DNA of 64,000 bases from an uncultured Kiritimatiellota bacterium (GTDB lineage: Bacteria > Verrucomicrobiota > Kiritimatiellia > RFP12 > DVOR01). The stretch covers positions 1,261 to 65,260 of the forward strand of contig CALXOF010000012.1 in the NCBI GenBank assembly GCA_944389945.1. The letters run 5' to 3'. Position numbers and translations under genes: made by a program. A model generated the notes under the pieces. It saw nothing but the letters and a program-made list of their open reading frames with translations, had not been told where the DNA came from and searched no databases. This document shows positions 8,576-18,354 of this stretch, one piece after another (position 1 is the first letter of the stretch; every line of letters begins with the position of its first letter).

Positions 8576-10390
8576 TTGAGTACAATTGGAAGAGTTGAAC
8601 CGCAGGACATCAGGCTAAATCCGCCTGAGGGCGGGTGGAAGTTGGAGCGTGGGGGAACGCTCCCGGCCATCGATGTGCGCTATGAGATGGTGGGGACGCC
8701 AGCGCCGGACGGCGCAAATGTGGTCTTTATCTGCCATGCACTGACGGGTGATGCGCACGTGGCGGGTTGGCGCCCGGAGGAAAACCCGGAGAAGGACAAG
8801 CCCAGCGGCTGGTGGGACGGCATGGTCGGCCCGGGGCGGGGCATCGACACGGACCGCTTCTGCGTGCTCTGCGCCAATATCTTGGGCGGGTGCGCCGGCA
8901 CGACGGGCCCGAGCTCAATCAACCCGGAGACGGGTGAGCCTTATGGCTCCACCTTCCCTGAAATCACGATGGGCGACATCGTGGATGTCTTCCGTGCGCT
9001 GACGCGTCAGCTGGGCTTCACGCGCCTGGCGGCGGTGGTGGGCGGCAGCTTCGGCGGCATGTTGGCGCTGGAGTGGGCCATCCGCCACCCAGACGACATG
9101 GGGCGCTGCGTCTTGGTGGCGACGGCGGCCTCGCTGAACACGCAGGCTTTGGCCTTTGACATCGTGGCGCGCCAGGCTATCATCCAGGACCCGAACTGGC
9201 GCCACGGCGAATATTACGGTGGCGCGCGCCCCGTGGCCGGTCTGGCGAGCGCGCGCCGTCTGGCCCACATCACCTATCTCTCGCAAGCGGGGATGGACGA
9301 GAAGTTCGGTCGCGAGAAGCGGGAGGAGTGGCTCAAGCAGGGGCAAGACTTCCATTCCCGCATGCGCCAGGACTTCCGTACCTATTTCCAGATCGAGTCT
9401 TACCTTGAATATCAGGGGCAGAAGTTCGTGCGCCGGTTCGATGCGAACAGCTATCTGCAAATCACGCGCGCGCTAGATGCCTATGACCCCGAGGAGACCT
9501 TCGGCTCGCTGGAGGCAGCCATCCGCCGTATCAAGGCCAAGGTGTTGATGATCAGTCTGCGCGGGGACTGGCTCTTCTCGAAGGAGCAGGCGGAGCATTT
9601 CGTGCGGGCGTGCCTGAAGGAACACCGCGACATCTCCTATTGTCGGCTGGACGGCAAGATGGGCCACGACGCCTTCCTCACGCAGATCGACGAGCTGAAG
9701 ACGGTCATCCAGGCCTTCCTCACGGCCACCGAGACGCGCGACCCTTCGACCCTCGACCCCGACCAGGCGAAATTCTACAAAGACTTCGCCCGGCAGATCC
9801 CCGAAGGCGCACGTGTGCTGGACATCGGCTGCGGCGACGGGACGCTCCTCAAGCACCTGGCCACCCACCAACGCGCTTGGGGCGTGGGCCTGGAGCGCGA
9901 CCTGGACAAGATTGTCCAAGCCCTCCACAAGGGCGTGAACGTGGTGATGACCAATATCGACACGCACCTGCGCGACATGCCCGACCACCTCTTCGACGTC
10001 GCCGTCATCTCGCACACCATCCAAGTGTTGCGCCGGCCAGACTTGATGATGAAGCAACTCCTGCGCGTGGCCGATTGGGCGCTCATTGCCTTCCCGAACT
10101 TCGGCTATATCGGGATGCGTTCGCAACTCTTCTTCCTGGGCCGTATGCCGCGCACCAAGGAGTTCCCCTTCGACTGGTACGACACGCCCAACATCCACAA
10201 CTGCACACTGAAGGACTTCTACGACTTCAGCCGGAAATATGACCTCAAGGCGACGCTCCTCTCTTGTCATTCGGCCTCGTGGCTCGGCAAGTTGCTGACG
10301 CGTCTGGGGATGAAGAACCTGGGCGCGGGCGGCGTAATCCTGCGCCTGACCGACGCGACGAAAGACAAGGAGGCGAACGGTGGACGCTGA
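8576..10390 (+). CDS. metX: Homoserine O-acyltransferase fused to a MetW-like SAM-methyltransferase domain
   Basis: CHALTGD, GWWDGMVGPG, GGSFGGM, GHDAFL; then VLDIGCGDG, FPNFG, WYDTPNIH. Confidence 0.93.
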   Translation: MSTIGRVEPQDIRLNPPEGGWKLERGGTLPAIDVRYEMVGTPAPDGANVVFICHALTGDAHVAGWRPEENPEKDKPSGWWDGMVGPGRGIDTDRFCVLCANILGGCAGTTGPSSINPETGEPYGSTFPEITMGDIVDVFRALTRQLGFTRLAAVVGGSFGGMLALEWAIRHPDDMGRCVLVATAASLNTQALAFDIVARQAIIQDPNWRHGEYYGGARPVAGLASARRLAHITYLSQAGMDEKFGREKREEWLKQGQDFHSRMRQDFRTYFQIESYLEYQGQKFVRRFDANSYLQITRALDAYDPEETFGSLEAAIRRIKAKVLMISLRGDWLFSKEQAEHFVRACLKEHRDISYCRLDGKMGHDAFLTQIDELKTVIQAFLTATETRDPSTLDPDQAKFYKDFARQIPEGARVLDIGCGDGTLLKHLATHQRAWGVGLERDLDKIVQALHKGVNVVMTNIDTHLRDMPDHLFDVAVISHTIQVLRRPDLMMKQLLRVADWALIAFPNFGYIGMRSQLFFLGRMPRTKEFPFDWYDTPNIHNCTLKDFYDFSRKYDLKATLLSCHSASWLGKLLTRLGMKNLGAGGVILRLTDATKDKEANGGR

Positions 10391-11261
10391 GACCGAAGCC
10401 TTGGTGGACGCCCTGGCGGGGCGGCTGGTCTGCCGCAACTGCCCGGCGATGAACACGCGCCGTGGCGTTAATCTGCCCGGCCGCCGCGCCATGGTGGCGA
10501 CCCTGCGCGCGCTCCTCTCCGCCCTCTTCCCGGGGTGCCTCTCCTATGAGCCCATCGACCACGAGGACATGGAGGGCATGCGCACCCGTCTGCGCGCCAT
10601 CGCCGAGGGGCTGACCGACCAAATCGCCCGTATCGAGGCCTATCGCGTACTGGAGCACTCCCGCCCGGCGGACTTCGACTGCGAGGGCCGCGCACGCGAG
10701 GTCGTGCGGACGCTCTTCGGGAAGTTGCCCGAGATTCGCTCGCTCCTGCAAGACGACGTGTTGGCCGCCTACGAAGGCGACCCCGCCGCCCACTCGAACA
10801 TGGAGATTGTGATGGCCTACCCCGGCCTCATGGCCGTGGCCACCCACCGCATCGCGCACGTGCTCTACGAGGAAGATGTCCACCTGCTCCCGCGCGTGAT
10901 GAGCGAATACGCCCACAGCCGCACGGGCATCGACATCCACCCCGGCGCGACCATCGGCCGCGGCTTCTTCATCGACCACGGCACCGGCGTGGTCATCGGC
11001 GAGACCTGCGTCATCGGCCGCAACGTCAAGCTCTATCAAGGCGTCACCCTCGGCGCGCGCTCCTTCCAGAAGGACAGCGAGGGACACCTGGTCAAGGGCA
11101 TCAAGCGCCACCCGAACGTCGAGGACGACGTCATCATCTACGCCAACGCCACCATCTTGGGCGGCGACACCGTCATCGGGAAGGGCTCCATCATCGGGGG
11201 CAACGTCTGGCTCGCCCACTCCGTCCCGCCCGGTTCTCGTATCTTCTATAAGGAGGGTTGA
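10380..11261 (+). CDS. cysE: Serine O-acetyltransferase (EpsC type)
   Basis: GDPAA, GIDIHPGATIG, FIDHGTGVVIGET, KRHP. Confidence 0.93.
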   Translation: MDAETEALVDALAGRLVCRNCPAMNTRRGVNLPGRRAMVATLRALLSALFPGCLSYEPIDHEDMEGMRTRLRAIAEGLTDQIARIEAYRVLEHSRPADFDCEGRAREVVRTLFGKLPEIRSLLQDDVLAAYEGDPAAHSNMEIVMAYPGLMAVATHRIAHVLYEEDVHLLPRVMSEYAHSRTGIDIHPGATIGRGFFIDHGTGVVIGETCVIGRNVKLYQGVTLGARSFQKDSEGHLVKGIKRHPNVEDDVIIYANATILGGDTVIGKGSIIGGNVWLAHSVPPGSRIFYKEG

Positions 11262-11262
11262 T

Positions 11263-11895
11263 ATGCGTCCCTTTGCCTGTTTGCTTTGCCTGACCTTGAC
11301 CGCCGCCGCGCACGCCGCCGCGCCGGATGCTTCACAGGTGCCCACCCTGCCCAACGAAGTCATCTTCGCCTGCCTCTCCCCCAATCTCACCGAGCAGGCC
11401 TCCGGTCTCTCTTGGCAGGCCCTTACGCCCGAGGCCTGGGGCAAGGCCATCACCGTGCAGGAGGGCGAGGAGCGCCACACCTTCTCGCAGGACGGCGCCG
11501 CCCATCCGAACGACTGGGTGCGCACGCGCATCACCCTCTCCCAGGCGCCCCAGACCGCGGCCAACCCCGCCCCCATCCAGACCCTCACCGTCACGGCCAT
11601 CCCCTCCGGCATTATCCCCGAGACCACCGTCACCTTCAACCTGCTCAAGGAGGCCGCCCTGCCCCCCTGCACGGCCAAGGTGTGGGGCGGCCGCCCCGCC
11701 CTCGTGGCCAACGCCGGCGACTGGTTCATCATCGCCGAGAGCGCGAAGGCCAAGCTCGTCCGCGTGGAGGGCGAGAAGCCCCGTTGGACCCTCACCGAGA
11801 CCAAGACCGCCAAGGGAATTGACGAGATCTCCGCCTCCTTCCGCGTTGGGGCCGGCTCCCTGCCCCCGGAACCCGCGGCTCCCGCCGAGAAGTAA
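11263..11895 (+). CDS. Hypothetical secreted protein
   Basis: Signal peptide ending AAHA; operon-coupled; C-ending codon bias. Confidence 0.7.
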   Translation: MRPFACLLCLTLTAAAHAAAPDASQVPTLPNEVIFACLSPNLTEQASGLSWQALTPEAWGKAITVQEGEERHTFSQDGAAHPNDWVRTRITLSQAPQTAANPAPIQTLTVTAIPSGIIPETTVTFNLLKEAALPPCTAKVWGGRPALVANAGDWFIIAESAKAKLVRVEGEKPRWTLTETKTAKGIDEISASFRVGAGSLPPEPAAPAEK

Positions 11896-11901
11896 CCCAC
11901 C

Positions 11902-14019
11902 ATGGACTGGCGCGCCAAACTCCTAAAACACGCCCACACCATCCTATGGGTGGCGGGTTACGTCTTTGCCGCCCTCTTCCTCCTGCTTTGCCTAGCGGCC
12001 TACGGCATTCCCGGTGCCTGGGTGCAGACTTTCATCGACAACGCCGTGCCGGCGGAGACCGGCCGCCTCACCATCGAGCGCATCTCCTATCGTCTCAGCG
12101 AAGGCTTCATCCTGGAGCGCCCCCTACTCTGCGAGCCGGACGGCCACGTCCTCGCCAGTGCCGAGCGTTGCGCGGTGGACCTGCGCTTCTTCTCCTTCGC
12201 CGGGCTCACCGACCGCATTGAGGGGCTCTCCTTAGACACGCTCTATCTCGCCCCCGAGTTCGGCACCGTCACCCTCGAGCACCTCACCGCCGATTCCGGC
12301 GAAGGCCTAACGGCCAAAGCCCTCACTGTCTGCGCCGACGATGGCTACGTCCTCGCCCGCTTCGACCAAGCCTTCGCCAAACTCCATGAAGGCTCCCTCG
12401 CCCACCTCCCGGACCTCTTGGAGAGTCTCTCCATCGACGCACTCTACGTGGCGCAAATCCGCTACGACCCCAATCGCGTCATCGAGCGCGAGCTCCCGCC
12501 CCCCGAGCTCCGCCCGCCCTTCCCGGACCTCTCCAAAATCCCTCTCCCGGACCTCAAGAACCTCCCGATTCGCCTCGTCGACCCAGACATCCTGGAGATG
12601 CGCGCACGTGTCATCGAGGGTTTCCTCACCTCCGGCGAAGGGCTCGTCCGACTCAATGGCATCCGCGCCGACGTCGACGGCACTGGCCGCCAGCTCGCCG
12701 AGGCAGATGTCCTCCTAGACCTCCCCAACGCCCTGGCCAAAGCCTCCATCCGCGGTTTCATCTACCACGACAACCTCAACGGCCTCTGGCGCGCCATCGA
12801 CCTCCCCATCATCGAGGACTACACCTCCAACGCCACGCTCAACGGCCCCGCCTGGGGCGACTGCGCCTTTACCATCGGCTTCAACGTCTACGACGACATC
12901 TTCGACCTGCGCGCCAACCTCATTGCCCCCCAGGGCGGCACCTACCTCGGCGTTCCCTTCGACGAGGCCAGCGGCGCCATCGCTTGCCATAGCATCTGGT
13001 ACACCAAGGCCGAAATCGGCCCCATCATCCTGCGGCGGGACGGCCGCGCCGTCGCAACCTGCGACTTCCGGATCGATGCCCCCGCCAACAAACTCGCCTT
13101 CTCCGTCCAGAGCAACGGCCTCTCCCCCGAAGAGTTCATCACCTTCTTGGAGCTCCCGGAGTCCGCGACCATCCCGTCCATCGAAGCAGAGGTCCCTCCC
13201 TCCGTCGACCTCTCTGGCCACTTCCCCTACTACGACGACACCACCCCCAGCACCATCTTCCTCCAAGGCCGCATCGCAGCCCCCCAAGGCGGACGTATCG
13301 ACAAGCTCAACGTCGCCTCGGCCTCCGCGACCCTCTCCATGCGCAACGGTGTCCTCTCCTTCAATGGACTTGATGTCACCCTTCCCAGAGGCGGCACCGC
13401 CAATGGTGCCCTCTCCTTCACCATCCCCGACGACGACACACCTTCCACCCTCTCCGCCGCCATCCACCTCGAAGACGCCTCCCTCGCCGACCTCCTCGGC
13501 CCCTATGGCCAGGACGCGCTCTCCAAATGTGTCGTCACCGGCTTCGTTGACCTCCGCGGCCGCCTGGACGACACCTTCCCCAAGTCCCTCCAGGCGGAAT
13601 ACGACCTCGCCGTCGATGGCGGCCTGATTCAGCGCCTCCCCCTCTTCGCCGGCCTCACCGACCTCCTTGCCGACCACGTCCCCGGCATCGCCTCCGTCAC
13701 CGATTCCTCCTCCGCACGCCTTGTCGGCACCACCGATGGCGGCATCTTCAACATCCCCGACTTCAAGCTAGACGGCGACCTCCTCTCCATCGAGGGCCCC
13801 GCAACCTACGACCTCCCCAACGACAACCTTGACGCCGAAGTCACCGCCGGCAACTTCAAGGAAGACTCCTTCATGGGCCGCCTCACCCGGTGGGCCACCG
13901 TCCCCGTCAACCGCTTCCTCTGGCGTGTCCACGTCTCCGGTCCCATCGCCGCCCCCGAATGGGTCATCGTCACCTTCATTGGCCGTTTCTTCGACCGCGC
14001 CCCGGACGAAAAGGAGTGA
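11902..14019 (+). CDS. AsmA-like C-terminal domain protein
   Basis: N-terminal TM, beta-rich body, AsmA-like C-terminus (VHVSGPIAAPEW). Confidence 0.7.
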   Translation: MDWRAKLLKHAHTILWVAGYVFAALFLLLCLAAYGIPGAWVQTFIDNAVPAETGRLTIERISYRLSEGFILERPLLCEPDGHVLASAERCAVDLRFFSFAGLTDRIEGLSLDTLYLAPEFGTVTLEHLTADSGEGLTAKALTVCADDGYVLARFDQAFAKLHEGSLAHLPDLLESLSIDALYVAQIRYDPNRVIERELPPPELRPPFPDLSKIPLPDLKNLPIRLVDPDILEMRARVIEGFLTSGEGLVRLNGIRADVDGTGRQLAEADVLLDLPNALAKASIRGFIYHDNLNGLWRAIDLPIIEDYTSNATLNGPAWGDCAFTIGFNVYDDIFDLRANLIAPQGGTYLGVPFDEASGAIACHSIWYTKAEIGPIILRRDGRAVATCDFRIDAPANKLAFSVQSNGLSPEEFITFLELPESATIPSIEAEVPPSVDLSGHFPYYDDTTPSTIFLQGRIAAPQGGRIDKLNVASASATLSMRNGVLSFNGLDVTLPRGGTANGALSFTIPDDDTPSTLSAAIHLEDASLADLLGPYGQDALSKCVVTGFVDLRGRLDDTFPKSLQAEYDLAVDGGLIQRLPLFAGLTDLLADHVPGIASVTDSSSARLVGTTDGGIFNIPDFKLDGDLLSIEGPATYDLPNDNLDAEVTAGNFKEDSFMGRLTRWATVPVNRFLWRVHVSGPIAAPEWVIVTFIGRFFDRAPDEKE

Positions 14020-14021
14020 CC

Positions 14022-14471
14022 GTGGACATCGTGCTCCTCCATCCTGAGATTCCCCACAACACCGGCGCCATCGGCCGCCTCTGCGTCGGCCTCGGCTGGC
14101 CCCTCATCCTCATCCGCCCCCTCGGCTTCGCCCTCGACGAGCGCCACATCCGCCGCGCCGGCCTCGACTACTGGCCCCACCTCGATCTCTCCCTCTACGA
14201 CAGCTTCGACGACTACCTCGCCGACCGCCACCCCGATTCCCTCTGCTTCCTCAGCACCAAGGCCCAACGCTCTCTCTACGAGGCCCCCCTCTCCCCCGCC
14301 GGCGCGCTGGTCTTCGGTTGCGAATCCTCCGGTCTCCCCCCGGACTACTACACGCGCTACGCCGACCGCCTCGCCCGCATCCCCATGCCCGGCCCCCACG
14401 CGCGCTCCATCAACCTCGCCAACTCCGTCGCCATCGCCGCCTACGAAGCCTTCCGCCGCTTCTCCGCCTGA
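14022..14471 (+). CDS. trmL: tRNA (cytidine(34)-2'-O)-methyltransferase
   Basis: PEIPHNTGAIGRLC, RRAGLDYW, FGCESSGL, RSINLANS. AAGGAG RBS. Confidence 0.93.
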   Translation: MDIVLLHPEIPHNTGAIGRLCVGLGWPLILIRPLGFALDERHIRRAGLDYWPHLDLSLYDSFDDYLADRHPDSLCFLSTKAQRSLYEAPLSPAGALVFGCESSGLPPDYYTRYADRLARIPMPGPHARSINLANSVAIAAYEAFRRFSA

Positions 14472-14526
14472 TTCCATACCAAAAGGTCCCAATCTCGCGG
14501 TTACGCAACTTTTTCGTAAAAAAGGC

Positions 14527-14556
14527 TTGCGAAGAGGAAACAGATTGTGCTATCTT
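14527..14556 (+). promoter_or_regulatory. Sigma70-like promoter for tRNA-Cys
   Basis: TTGCGA-18-TATCTT with extended TG. Confidence 0.5.
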
Positions 14557-14570
14557 ATGCGTGATTTTAC

Positions 14571-14644
14571 GGCGCGATAGCCAAGCGGCTAGGCAGAGGA
14601 CTGCAAATCCTTTTAGACCGGTTCGACTCCGATTCGCGCCTCCA
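14571..14644 (+). tRNA. tRNA-Cys(GCA)
   Basis: GGCGCGA/TCGCGCC acceptor stem, anticodon loop CTGCAAA, GGTTCGACTCC, encoded CCA. Confidence 0.95.
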
Positions 14645-14650
14645 TTTTCC

Positions 14651-14676
14651 AGCGACCCGCAAGGGTCGCTTTTTTG
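14651..14676 (+). terminator. Intrinsic terminator
   Basis: agcgaccc-gcaa-gggtcgct plus T run. Confidence 0.85.
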
Positions 14677-14689
14677 TTATCGTATAGGC

Positions 14690-16786
14690 GTGAAGCTAGT
14701 CTACTGGACCATCTTTCCGAACCTCCATCAGCGGGCGTGGATTGACGCGCTCCGCGCGGCGGGATGCGATATAGAGGTCTGCTACTTCGGCCGTTACGAC
14801 GCCTATCGCGCGGCGTTGGGATGGCAGGAGCCGGAGGCCTTGCCCCCGCAGGAGCGGCGCATTGCCACCTTGCGCGAGGCCCTCGCCGCCATCCCGGACT
14901 ACGCCGAACGTCTGATTATCCTCACTGGTTACGCCGAAAAGGTCTACTGGGACAACGTGCGCTTCTGCGAGGCGCACAATGTGCCGTGGTGCCTCATCGC
15001 GGAGAAAAGCCAGGGCCGCGTACGCTCCTGGCCCCTACGCCGACTCTTTGCACGCCATGTCAACCGCTCCGCCGTTGCGGCCTTCGGGTTGGGTCCCGGC
15101 GCGGTGGACGATTTGGTGCGCGGCTGGGGCGTACGGCGTGACAAAGTGGCCGAGCTAGCCTACACCACCCCCGGTGCGGGAACCCCTACCACGCCGCGTC
15201 CGCACACGGGTTTCCGCTTTGTCTTCGCGGGGGCCTTCTCCCACCGCAAGGCCGTAGATGTCTTGGCGCGGGCCTGGGCAGAAGCCGCCCCGCATCTGCC
15301 GGACGCTACCTTGCGCGTCATCGGCGCAGGTCCGTTGGAGGCAACCTTCGACGGCTTGCCACGCGTGGAACGTTTCGGCGTTTGCCCACCCGAACGCATC
15401 CCTGAGGCACTGGCTGACTGCGACTGCGGCATCCTGCCGAGCCGTTTCGACGGTTGGGGGATGGTCATCGCCGAGTACGCCCGCGCCGGCCTCACCCTCA
15501 TCGCCACGCAGACCTGTGGCGCCGCCGAGCCACTCATCCGCCCCGGCCGCAACGGCTTCATCGTCCCGCCCAAGGATGTCGCGGCCCTCGCCCAAGCAAT
15601 GGTCGATGCCCCCGGCCTCCGGTCCGACCCCGTCCCCTTGTCCGCAACCGCGCCCGCCTTCTGCGCCCGTAAGTTCCTCGACCATCTGGCCTACCCCATG
15701 CCCTATGAACCGCCGCGCAGAATCCTCCACGTCGTTGCGGGGTGCTGGGCCGATGGTGGCGGACTCTCCGAGCTTGTCGCCGCCACGGTCTTAGCGCAGG
15801 CCCAAGCCGGCTTCCGTGTGACGTTGGCCTTTCTCGGCGGACAACCCGAGCATCCATTGGTGCGCGAGTGCCGCCGTGCGGGCGCGACGGTGTGGGTCTT
15901 TCCACGTTCTCGGCCCCACTGCCTCTATTTCTCCTGGGCGTTGCTCCGTACCCTGCCGCGCTTGATGCGCTGGGCCTCAACCGTGCGGATTTATTCGCTC
16001 TGGACCTTCCCCGTCTGGTGGACGGCAATCCTCGCCAGATTTTATGCCGTGCCCTACGCCATCGCGCCGCAAGGATGCTTGGACCCCGTGCGCCGCGCCT
16101 ATGGCCGCCTGCGCAAAGCCCTCGCCTGGCACTGCTTTGACCGTCGTGCCCTGCGGAGCGCCGCCTGGCTCCACGCCACCGCCGAGACCGAGGCCAGGTG
16201 GATGCGCGATGCATTGGGGCCCGACTGTCCGCCCATCCGCGTCATCCCCAACGGCGTGGACGGCGACCTCTTCGATGCCATCCCCGAACAGCCCCGCACG
16301 CAGACCTTCCTCTATCTGGGCCGCCTCCACCCACTCAAGGGACTCGACCTGCTAGCCGAGGCGTGGCGGCTCGCCGACCTGGGGCCGGACTGGCGCCTCC
16401 TTATCGCCGGCCCGGCCGACGGCGCGGAACCGCCGAACGGCCCGGGCATCGAAGTGATTGGCCCCCTGTATGGTGCGGACAAGGCACGTGCCCTCAAATC
16501 CTCCGCCTGCTTGGTGCTCCCCACGCGCAGTGAAAACTTCGCCATCGTCGTGGCCGAGGCTCTCTGGTGCCGCACGCCCGTCATCAGCACAAAGGGCGCG
16601 CCCTGGCCCGAACTCGGCGATTATTGGGTCGACATCTCCGCCGAAGCCCTCGCCGATGCCCTGCGCCGTTTCGCCGCGATGGCCCCTGCGGACCGCGAAG
16701 CCCGCTTCGCCCCGCTCTTCACCGCCGCCCGCAACCGTTTCGCCTGGCCTGCCATCGCCCGCGCCCTCGCCGACGACCCCCGCTGA
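14690..16786 (+). CDS. Tandem GT4-GT4 (GT-B fold) glycosyltransferase fusion
   Basis: Two GT4 cores (HRKAVD..PSRFDGWGMVIAE; HPLKGLD..PTRSENFAIVVAEA). Start taken as the GTG after the tRNA terminator. Confidence 0.88.
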   Translation: MKLVYWTIFPNLHQRAWIDALRAAGCDIEVCYFGRYDAYRAALGWQEPEALPPQERRIATLREALAAIPDYAERLIILTGYAEKVYWDNVRFCEAHNVPWCLIAEKSQGRVRSWPLRRLFARHVNRSAVAAFGLGPGAVDDLVRGWGVRRDKVAELAYTTPGAGTPTTPRPHTGFRFVFAGAFSHRKAVDVLARAWAEAAPHLPDATLRVIGAGPLEATFDGLPRVERFGVCPPERIPEALADCDCGILPSRFDGWGMVIAEYARAGLTLIATQTCGAAEPLIRPGRNGFIVPPKDVAALAQAMVDAPGLRSDPVPLSATAPAFCARKFLDHLAYPMPYEPPRRILHVVAGCWADGGGLSELVAATVLAQAQAGFRVTLAFLGGQPEHPLVRECRRAGATVWVFPRSRPHCLYFSWALLRTLPRLMRWASTVRIYSLWTFPVWWTAILARFYAVPYAIAPQGCLDPVRRAYGRLRKALAWHCFDRRALRSAAWLHATAETEARWMRDALGPDCPPIRVIPNGVDGDLFDAIPEQPRTQTFLYLGRLHPLKGLDLLAEAWRLADLGPDWRLLIAGPADGAEPPNGPGIEVIGPLYGADKARALKSSACLVLPTRSENFAIVVAEALWCRTPVISTKGAPWPELGDYWVDISAEALADALRRFAAMAPADREARFAPLFTAARNRFAWPAIARALADDPR

Positions 16787-16902
16787 CATTAAAACTTCAC
16801 AAAGCATCTTTCAATCGTGTCGAGGAAAAGGTTCACCTCGAAAACAGGCTTGCGTAAAGTCTTGGAGGCTTGACCAGGCACGTTGAGGAATCCCACCCAA
16901 GA

Positions 16903-16999
16903 GGGGTCTTTCTGAGACCCTATAGTGGTCCGAGGTCAACCACTATAGTGGTCGAGGGCGAGACCCTATAGTGGTCCGACCCGAAACCCTTAGGGGTCC
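16903..16999. repeat. 23-bp-periodic CTATAG palindrome array (copy 1)
   Basis: Cores at 16920, 16943, 16966, plus CTTAGG at 16989. Confidence 0.9.
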
Positions 17000-17114
17000 G
17001 CGAAGTACCCTTTTGTGGGACATCTTTGGCAATGGCGTCTGGCGGAGATGAGGACTGTAAAGACCAAAGCCACCATGCCTCGAAACGTCCACATTCCTCT
17101 GATTCTCCTTCTGT

Positions 17115-17222
17115 GGCACGATAGCATGGAAATCCCAGGGCGGCGCGACCAATGGAAGCAATGGAGCCCGCAGGATTCCCCGCAAGACAGTCTTGCGTAG
17201 AAAACCGTCCCGGACACGACTG
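17115..17222 (-). repeat. MITE module A with terminal repeat (partial)
   Basis: Reverse complement of the 26897-27000 and 32603-32710 sequence; ends cccggacacgactg. Confidence 0.7.
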
Positions 17223-17313
17223 AGACCCGTGGAAGTTCAAACGACAAGGCCGTTTTTTTGGTAGAATGGCGGCATTTAAGATCTACGTGAACACTTTAAG
17301 GAACCCATTTTAG

Positions 17314-18354
17314 ATGAGCGCACAACCACCCGGACGGAAGGTCGCAAAACCGCGCAACAAAATGCCGCGCAGAGGCCAAGCGCGTAAGCCCACCCCGCCC
17401 GAACCGCAACCTTTGCCTTCCCCCACCCCGCCTGAGGTCCTGCCCGAGATGCAACCCGTTGAGGCAACACCCGCGCCGATTGCGCAGGAGCCGATGCCGG
17501 CGCCACAGCCTGAGATGGTGTATGCCGAGCCTCCGCCCGCCGAGCCGGTCCCGGAAGTGCCCACGTCGGCAGAACCTTCCGAGGTGCCGCCCCAGCCGCA
17601 GGTTGAGGCGGAACTTCCCCGCGAAGAGCCGCAGCCGGAGGTGCCGGTCCAGCCTGAGGAGATGTCCCAGCCCGAAAGTGCGCAACCGCGCCAGGAGCCT
17701 CCGCGCGGCCAAGAGCAACCCCGCCGTGACGACCGTTGGGATAATCGCCGCAACCGCGACCGGCGCGACCGCAACGACCGTCGGGACTTCCGTGACAATC
17801 GCCGCGAGGACCGTCGGGACGACCGCCGTGATGACCGGCGCGACGCGCCCCGTCCGCCCCAGCCCGAGATGGGCCCGCCCACGCGCGGCCTGACCCTGCT
17901 CGGCGCGAAGACCACCGTCTACACGGACCAATACACCCCGGCGCTCCTGGAGGCCTTCGACAACCGCCACCTGGAAAACGACTTCTTCGTGAAGTTCAAC
18001 TGCCCGGAGTTCACCTCCCTCTGCCCCATCACGGGCCAGCCCGACTTCGCCACGATTTACATCAGCTACATCCCTGACCGCAAGATGGTGGAGAGCAAGA
18101 GCCTGAAGCTCTACCTCTTCAGCTTCCGCAATCACGGCGCCTTCCATGAGGATTGCGTGAACACCATCCTGAAGGACCTGGTGAAGTTGCTCGCCCCCCG
18201 CTATATCGAGGTCTGGGGCAAGTTCCTGCCGCGCGGCGGGCTCTCCATCGACCCCTACGCGAATTACGGCAAGCCCACGACCCGTTGGGAGGAGTTCGCG
18301 CGCCAGCGCCTCCTGATGCACGACCTGAACCCCGAGCGCGTGGATAACCGCTGA
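17314..18354 (+). CDS. queF: preQ0 reductase QueF with a ~190-aa disordered N-terminal extension
   Basis: [36 protein letters not shown]. Confidence 0.93.
   Translation: MSAQPPGRKVAKPRNKMPRRGQARKPTPPEPQPLPSPTPPEVLPEMQPVEATPAPIAQEPMPAPQPEMVYAEPPPAEPVPEVPTSAEPSEVPPQPQVEAELPREEPQPEVPVQPEEMSQPESAQPRQEPPRGQEQPRRDDRWDNRRNRDRRDRNDRRDFRDNRREDRRDDRRDDRRDAPRPPQPEMGPPTRGLTLLGAKTTVYTDQYTPALLEAFDNRHLENDFFVKFNCPEFTSLCPITGQPDFATIYISYIPDRKMVESKSLKLYLFSFRNHGAFHEDCVNTILKDLVKLLAPRYIEVWGKFLPRGGLSIDPYANYGKPTTRWEEFARQRLLMHDLNPERVDNR

Noticed and set aside
14318-14689. N-terminal extension of the GT4 fusion ORF
   Set aside because: It runs through trmL, a promoter, tRNA-Cys and a terminator; the GTG at 14690 is the plausible start.
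14571-14700. tRNA-Cys as an integration site for an island
   Set aside because: No integrase and no duplicated tRNA 3' end were seen in the window.
16903-16999. CRISPR array interpretation of the CTATAG repeats
   Set aside because: Period is only 23 bp, the 6-7 nt linkers recur between loci, and there are no cas genes.
17222-17313. preQ1 riboswitch upstream of queF
   Set aside because: No preQ1-I stem-loop with an A-rich tail is recognisable.
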